Below are positions 30,302-34,028 of a DNA stretch of 34,028 bases, piece after piece. This DNA comes from an uncultured Ruminococcus sp. (GTDB lineage Bacteria > Bacillota > Clostridia > Oscillospirales > Acutalibacteraceae). Position 1 is the stretch's first letter; each line of letters starts with the position of its first letter. Both the position numbers and the translations under genes were made by a program. Under the pieces are notes generated by a model. The model was not told the origin of the DNA. It saw only the letters and a program-made list of their open reading frames with translations, and searched no databases. Where the stretch lies: NCBI GenBank assembly GCA_902773065.1, contig CACYDD010000087.1, forward strand, positions 1 to 34,028, read 5' to 3'.

Positions 30302-31525
30302 ATGAAAAGAGTTGTTATTACGGGACTTGGCGCAATAACGCCGATCGGAAATGATGTTGATACAACATGGGAATCTATGAAAAATGGTGTTTGCGGTATC
30401 GATACCATTACAAAGTTTGATGTATCGACAACAAAGGCAAAAGTAGCCGCTGAGGTAAAGGATTTTGACCCGACAAAATATATAGACAAAAGAGAGTGCC
30501 GCAGAATGGATCTTTTCTGTCAGTATGCGCTTGCAGCAGCAACTCAGGCTGTTGAGGACAGCGGCATTGAGAGTAAGGTTGAGCCTGAAAGATTCGGCGT
30601 ATATGTCGGCTCGGGTGTGGGAGGTATTACGACTTTCTATGAGCAGAGTGTGAATCTTTATACGGACAAGAATGTTTCCCCGTTCTTTATCCCGATGATG
30701 ATCGGCAATATTGCAGCAGGCAATGTTGCAATCAGATTCAAGGCAAAAGGTCCGTGTCTGCCTGTTGTAACGGCTTGTTCTACATCTACCCATGCACTCG
30801 GAGAGGCTTTCCGTGCTGTGAAATACGGACAGGCGGATGCGATCATCGCAGGCGGCGCAGAAGCAACGATTACTCCGCTGGCTGTCAAGGGCTTTACAAG
30901 CTGTAAGGCACTGACACTTTCCGACGACCCGAAAAGAGCTTCCATTCCATTCGATAAGGAAAGATCAGGCTTTGTCATGGGGGAGGGTGCAGGTATTCTG
31001 ATTCTTGAAGAATATGAACACGCAAAAGCAAGAGGTGCAAAAATCTATGCAGAAATCGTAGGCTATGGCAATACCTGTGATGCACACCATATCACAGCTC
31101 CCGATCCCGAAGGCATAGGTGCGGCAAGATGCGTGAAATTAGCATTGGAAGAAGCCGGCTATCAGGGAACGGAAGAACTGTATATCAATGCACACGGTAC
31201 GTCAACAAGCCTGAATGATGCCGGTGAAACAAAGGCTTTCAAAGAGGTTCTCGGAGAAAGAGCATACAAGGCGCATATCAGCTCAACAAAATCTATGACA
31301 GGTCATATGCTCGGTGCAACCGGTGCGGTGGAAGCCATTGCTGCAACACTGGCACTGAAAGATGGTATCATTCCGCCGACAGTGAATTATCAGGTATCCG
31401 ATCCTGAATGTGATCTTGATTATACACCGAACAAGGCAGTACAGGTTCAGGCAGACCTCGCTCTTTCCACAACATTTGGTTTTGGCGGTCATAATGCCTG
31501 CATTGCAATTCGTACAGTAAAATAA
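30302..31525 (+). CDS. fabF: 3-oxoacyl-ACP synthase II
   Basis: The active-site Cys is in TACSTSTHA, and the His motifs are DAHHITAP and NAHGTST. KSMTGHMLGA is also present. Confidence 0.92.
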   Translation: MKRVVITGLGAITPIGNDVDTTWESMKNGVCGIDTITKFDVSTTKAKVAAEVKDFDPTKYIDKRECRRMDLFCQYALAAATQAVEDSGIESKVEPERFGVYVGSGVGGITTFYEQSVNLYTDKNVSPFFIPMMIGNIAAGNVAIRFKAKGPCLPVVTACSTSTHALGEAFRAVKYGQADAIIAGGAEATITPLAVKGFTSCKALTLSDDPKRASIPFDKERSGFVMGEGAGILILEEYEHAKARGAKIYAEIVGYGNTCDAHHITAPDPEGIGAARCVKLALEEAGYQGTEELYINAHGTSTSLNDAGETKAFKEVLGERAYKAHISSTKSMTGHMLGATGAVEAIAATLALKDGIIPPTVNYQVSDPECDLDYTPNKAVQVQADLALSTTFGFGGHNACIAIRTVK

Positions 31526-31567
31526 CCCAAATAAAACATTTACAAAATATACGAGGTGAAAAACCAA

Positions 31568-32032
31568 ATGTACAGTATTGAAGAGATCAAAGAGCTTCTC
31601 GCTGCGTTTGACAAATCAAAGGCAACAGCGATTGATATACAGACCGACAAAGGTGAACTTCTCAGTATACGTCAGAAAACAGCCAAGGAAACAGTTGTGG
31701 CTGCTGAGTATGCCGCAGCGGTGGAAACAAAGGCTGTACCGGCTCCGGTGAAAGAGGTTGTTACAGAAGAAACGGCTGCTCCTGCTCCGACAGCGGAGGG
31801 AACACCTGTAGAATCTCCGATGGTAGGTGTGTTCTATGCAGCACCGTCACCTGACAGTGACCCGTATGTTTCTGTCGGCAGCAGTGTTAACAAAGGTGAT
31901 GTACTGTGCTTGATTGAAGCAATGAAGCTGATGAATGAAGTTACAGCAGAAAAGAGCGGTATCATCACTGAGGTATGTGTGGAAAACGGACAGGTTGTTG
32001 AATACGGTCAGCCTTTGTTCAGAATTAAATAA
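31568..32032 (+). CDS. accB: acetyl-CoA carboxylase biotin carboxyl carrier protein
   Basis: It has an Ala/Pro-rich linker and the biotinylation motif [18 protein letters not shown] lies 9 nt upstream of the ATG at 31568. Confidence 0.9.
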   Translation: MYSIEEIKELLAAFDKSKATAIDIQTDKGELLSIRQKTAKETVVAAEYAAAVETKAVPAPVKEVVTEETAAPAPTAEGTPVESPMVGVFYAAPSPDSDPYVSVGSSVNKGDVLCLIEAMKLMNEVTAEKSGIITEVCVENGQVVEYGQPLFRIK

Positions 32033-32049
32033 CAAGCAGGTGGAAAGCA

Positions 32050-32478
32050 ATGAATAAAGAAGAAATTATGCAGGTGATCCCTCACAGAAATTCCATGCTT
32101 CTGATCGATGAAGCAACCAAAACAGGCGAAACAACCTGCGAGGGCAAAAAATACATCAAGGGCGACGAATGGTTTCTTGACGGTCATTTTCCCGGAAATC
32201 CCGTTGTTCCCGGCGTGATCCTCTGCGAAATGATGGCACAGGCAAGTGCTGTGATCATTTCGGAGGTTTCAGCGGCAAGTACTCCTTATTTTACGGGAAT
32301 TGAAAAAGCAAAATTCAGAAATAAGGTTCTGCCCGGCGATACTCTCGAAATCAAATGCGAACTGACCGGACAAAAGCGTAACTTTTACTTTATCAAAGGC
32401 AAGGGCTATGTCAACGGAAAGCTCAGTGTTTCTGCGGAATTCTCTTTTGCACTTGTACCAAGAGAAAGCGCGCAATAA
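32050..32478 (+). CDS. fabZ: 3-hydroxyacyl-ACP dehydratase
   Basis: The motifs are IPHRNSMLLIDE and LDGHFPGNPVVPGVILCEMMAQ. Confidence 0.92.
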   Translation: MNKEEIMQVIPHRNSMLLIDEATKTGETTCEGKKYIKGDEWFLDGHFPGNPVVPGVILCEMMAQASAVIISEVSAASTPYFTGIEKAKFRNKVLPGDTLEIKCELTGQKRNFYFIKGKGYVNGKLSVSAEFSFALVPRESAQ

Positions 32479-32510
32479 TTTTCCATTTTCCATTTTCAAT
32501 TATTAATTTG
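32476..32510 (+). repeat. 7-nt periodic array TAATTTT CCATTTT CCATTTT CAATTAT TAATTTG beginning with the fabZ stop codon
   Basis: Two units are exact and three are degenerate, all with a strict 7-nt period, in the fabZ-accC spacer. Confidence 0.6.
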
Positions 32511-32529
32511 AACGAGGGGGAGTGATCGA

Positions 32530-33894
32530 GTGTTTTCAAAAATACTGATTGCCAACCGTGGTGAGATCGCTGTAAGAATTATTCGTGCCTGCCGTGAGAT
32601 GGGTATTTCTACTGTTGCGGTATATTCGCAGGCGGATAAGGATGCACTACATGTCAGAATGGCAGACGAAAGCTATTGTATAGGAGGACCGCAGGTAGCG
32701 GACAGCTATCTGAATATGGCGGCAATTCTGGAAGTGGCGGTTGTGTCGGGGGCTCAGGCAGTACATCCCGGATATGGGCTTCTGTCCGAAAATTCAAAAT
32801 TTGTGGCACTCTGCAAAAAGTGCAATATTGAGTTTATCGGTCCGAGTGCAGAAATGATCGAAAGACTCGGCGATAAAGACGAAGCAAGAAGAACAATGAA
32901 GCTGGCAGGCGTTCCGATCACGCCCGGCAGCGATATTATAGATGATATCAATGAAGCAAGAGCAAAAGCACAGGAGATCGGATTTCCGCTGCTTGTCAAG
33001 GCAAGAAGCGGCGGCGGCGGAAGAGGTATCCGCCGTGTGGACAGCATTGAAGAATTTGACAATGCGTTTCTGTCTGCCAAAGCGGAGGCACAGAGTGCAT
33101 TCGGTGACGGTGCCGTCTATATGGAGAAATATCTGTCGCCTGTCAAACACGTTGAAATGCAGCTGCTTTGCGACAAGTACGGCAATGTGGTATGCCTTGG
33201 TGAACGTGAATGTTCTGTGCAGAGAAAAAATCAGAAGCTGATAGAGGAAAGTCCGTCACCTGCCATTACGCCTGATATCAGAAAAAAAATGATGGAGGCA
33301 GCAGCGAAGGCTGCCAAAGCAGTTGGCTATGAAAATGCAGGGACAGTAGAATTCCTGCTTGACAAGGACAGGAATTTCTATTTTATGGAAATGAATACCC
33401 GTTTGCAGGTGGAACACGCTGTGACTGAAATGGTGATCGGGATCGATATCGTTCAGTGGCAGATCAGAATTGCATCCGGTGCAAAGCTTACTGTTACACA
33501 GGATAAGGTGTTTATGCACGGAAATGCGATAGAATGCAGGATCAATGCGGAGGATGCCGAAAATAATTTCCGTCCGAGCTGCGGAAAGATCGGGTTCATA
33601 CATATCCCGGGCGGTCCGAATGTTCGTTTCGATACAGCAATTTATCAGGATTATAGCGTGCCGCCTTATTATGATTCGATGATCGGTAAGCTGATCGTGC
33701 AGGCACGTTCCCGTGAGCTTGCCATACGTAAGATGAAAATGGCACTCAGCGAGCTGACCGTCAACGGCATTAAGCACAACAGGGATCTGCATATTGATAT
33801 TTTATCCGACCCCGATTTTGTTTCGGGAGAATATACCACAAGCTTTATGGAAGAAAGACGGCAGCGTCTGGAAAGCGAAAACGGCGAGGATTAA
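32530..33894 (+). CDS. accC: acetyl-CoA carboxylase biotin carboxylase subunit
   Basis: A GTG start gives MFSKILIANRGEIAVRIIRAC. It has the ATP-grasp motifs and FMEMNTRLQVEHAVTE. Length is 454 aa. Confidence 0.93.
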   Translation: MFSKILIANRGEIAVRIIRACREMGISTVAVYSQADKDALHVRMADESYCIGGPQVADSYLNMAAILEVAVVSGAQAVHPGYGLLSENSKFVALCKKCNIEFIGPSAEMIERLGDKDEARRTMKLAGVPITPGSDIIDDINEARAKAQEIGFPLLVKARSGGGGRGIRRVDSIEEFDNAFLSAKAEAQSAFGDGAVYMEKYLSPVKHVEMQLLCDKYGNVVCLGERECSVQRKNQKLIEESPSPAITPDIRKKMMEAAAKAAKAVGYENAGTVEFLLDKDRNFYFMEMNTRLQVEHAVTEMVIGIDIVQWQIRIASGAKLTVTQDKVFMHGNAIECRINAEDAENNFRPSCGKIGFIHIPGGPNVRFDTAIYQDYSVPPYYDSMIGKLIVQARSRELAIRKMKMALSELTVNGIKHNRDLHIDILSDPDFVSGEYTTSFMEERRQRLESENGED

Positions 33895-33966
33895 TTCCGC
33901 CGTATCAGAAACCGCACATGACCGCATACGGCGGTCTGCCGATGCGGAGATAGGTTAGGTGCAGCA

Positions 33967-34028
33967 TTGAATACAGCAGATTTTTTTAACTTTTTAAAAC
34001 CGAAAAACGAGCTTGAAAATCAGGGGGA
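33967..34028 (+). CDS. accD: possible start of acetyl-CoA carboxylase carboxyltransferase beta subunit (runs off the right edge)
   Basis: The frame is open from a TTG at 33967 (LNTADFFNFLKPKNELENQG), with AGGTG 6-7 nt upstream. The call rests on the position after accC and an F-x-K-P-K-like AccD N-terminus. Only 20 codons are visible. Confidence 0.35.
   Translation, partial: MNTADFFNFLKPKNELENQG

Noticed and set aside
33897-33934. A hairpin pairing ccgccgta with tacggcgg after accC, considered as an operon terminator.
   Set aside because: It has a 22-nt loop and no U-tract, and an accD-like frame opens about 30 nt downstream. It is more likely an intercistronic structure than a terminator.

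Overview
This is a 34-kb chromosomal window from what looks like a spore-forming, Clostridia-class Firmicute. The evidence is a SpoIID gene, AGGAGG-type ribosome binding sites, TTGACA-N17-TAAAAT promoters and a clostridial-style fab-acc cluster. No homology search was possible, so all product calls rest on motifs I recognise in the supplied translations. Most of the window is housekeeping: gap (5' end only), citrate synthase, spoIID, a HAD phosphatase, tex, a DUF1624-like membrane protein, a hot-dog thioesterase, an EF-G paralog, nnr, tRNA-Val(UAC), a NUDIX hydrolase, and fabH-fabD-fabG-fabF-accB-fabZ-accC with a possible accD start. Two patches look accessory. (1) About 4.8-7.4 kb is a visibly AT-rich islet. 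It holds a 186-aa putative nuclease-toxin-like gene behind a structured leader, an untracked 49-aa antitoxin-like ORF, an IS630-family element with inverted repeats and a TA duplication (its transposase is split at an A7 run), and a frameshifted Cys-rich pseudogene. (2) About 13.2-19.9 kb holds an AgrC-like histidine kinase with a LytTR regulator, an untracked 15-aa aromatic mini-ORF, an XRE repressor divergent from a 392-aa helical protein that resembles ClyA/HBL-type pore-forming toxins, and a two-gene pair of a diaminobutyrate-type aminotransferase with a sugar-transfer-associated ATP-grasp ligase. The most unusual signals are non-coding. Six short arrays with a strict 7-nt period start on or directly after stop codons; three of them share the unit TTAGGAR. 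A modular dispersed intergenic repeat family has five copies, including an identical 20-mer that abuts both a CDS stop codon and the 3' end of the tRNA. No CRISPR array, rRNA or prophage structural genes were seen.
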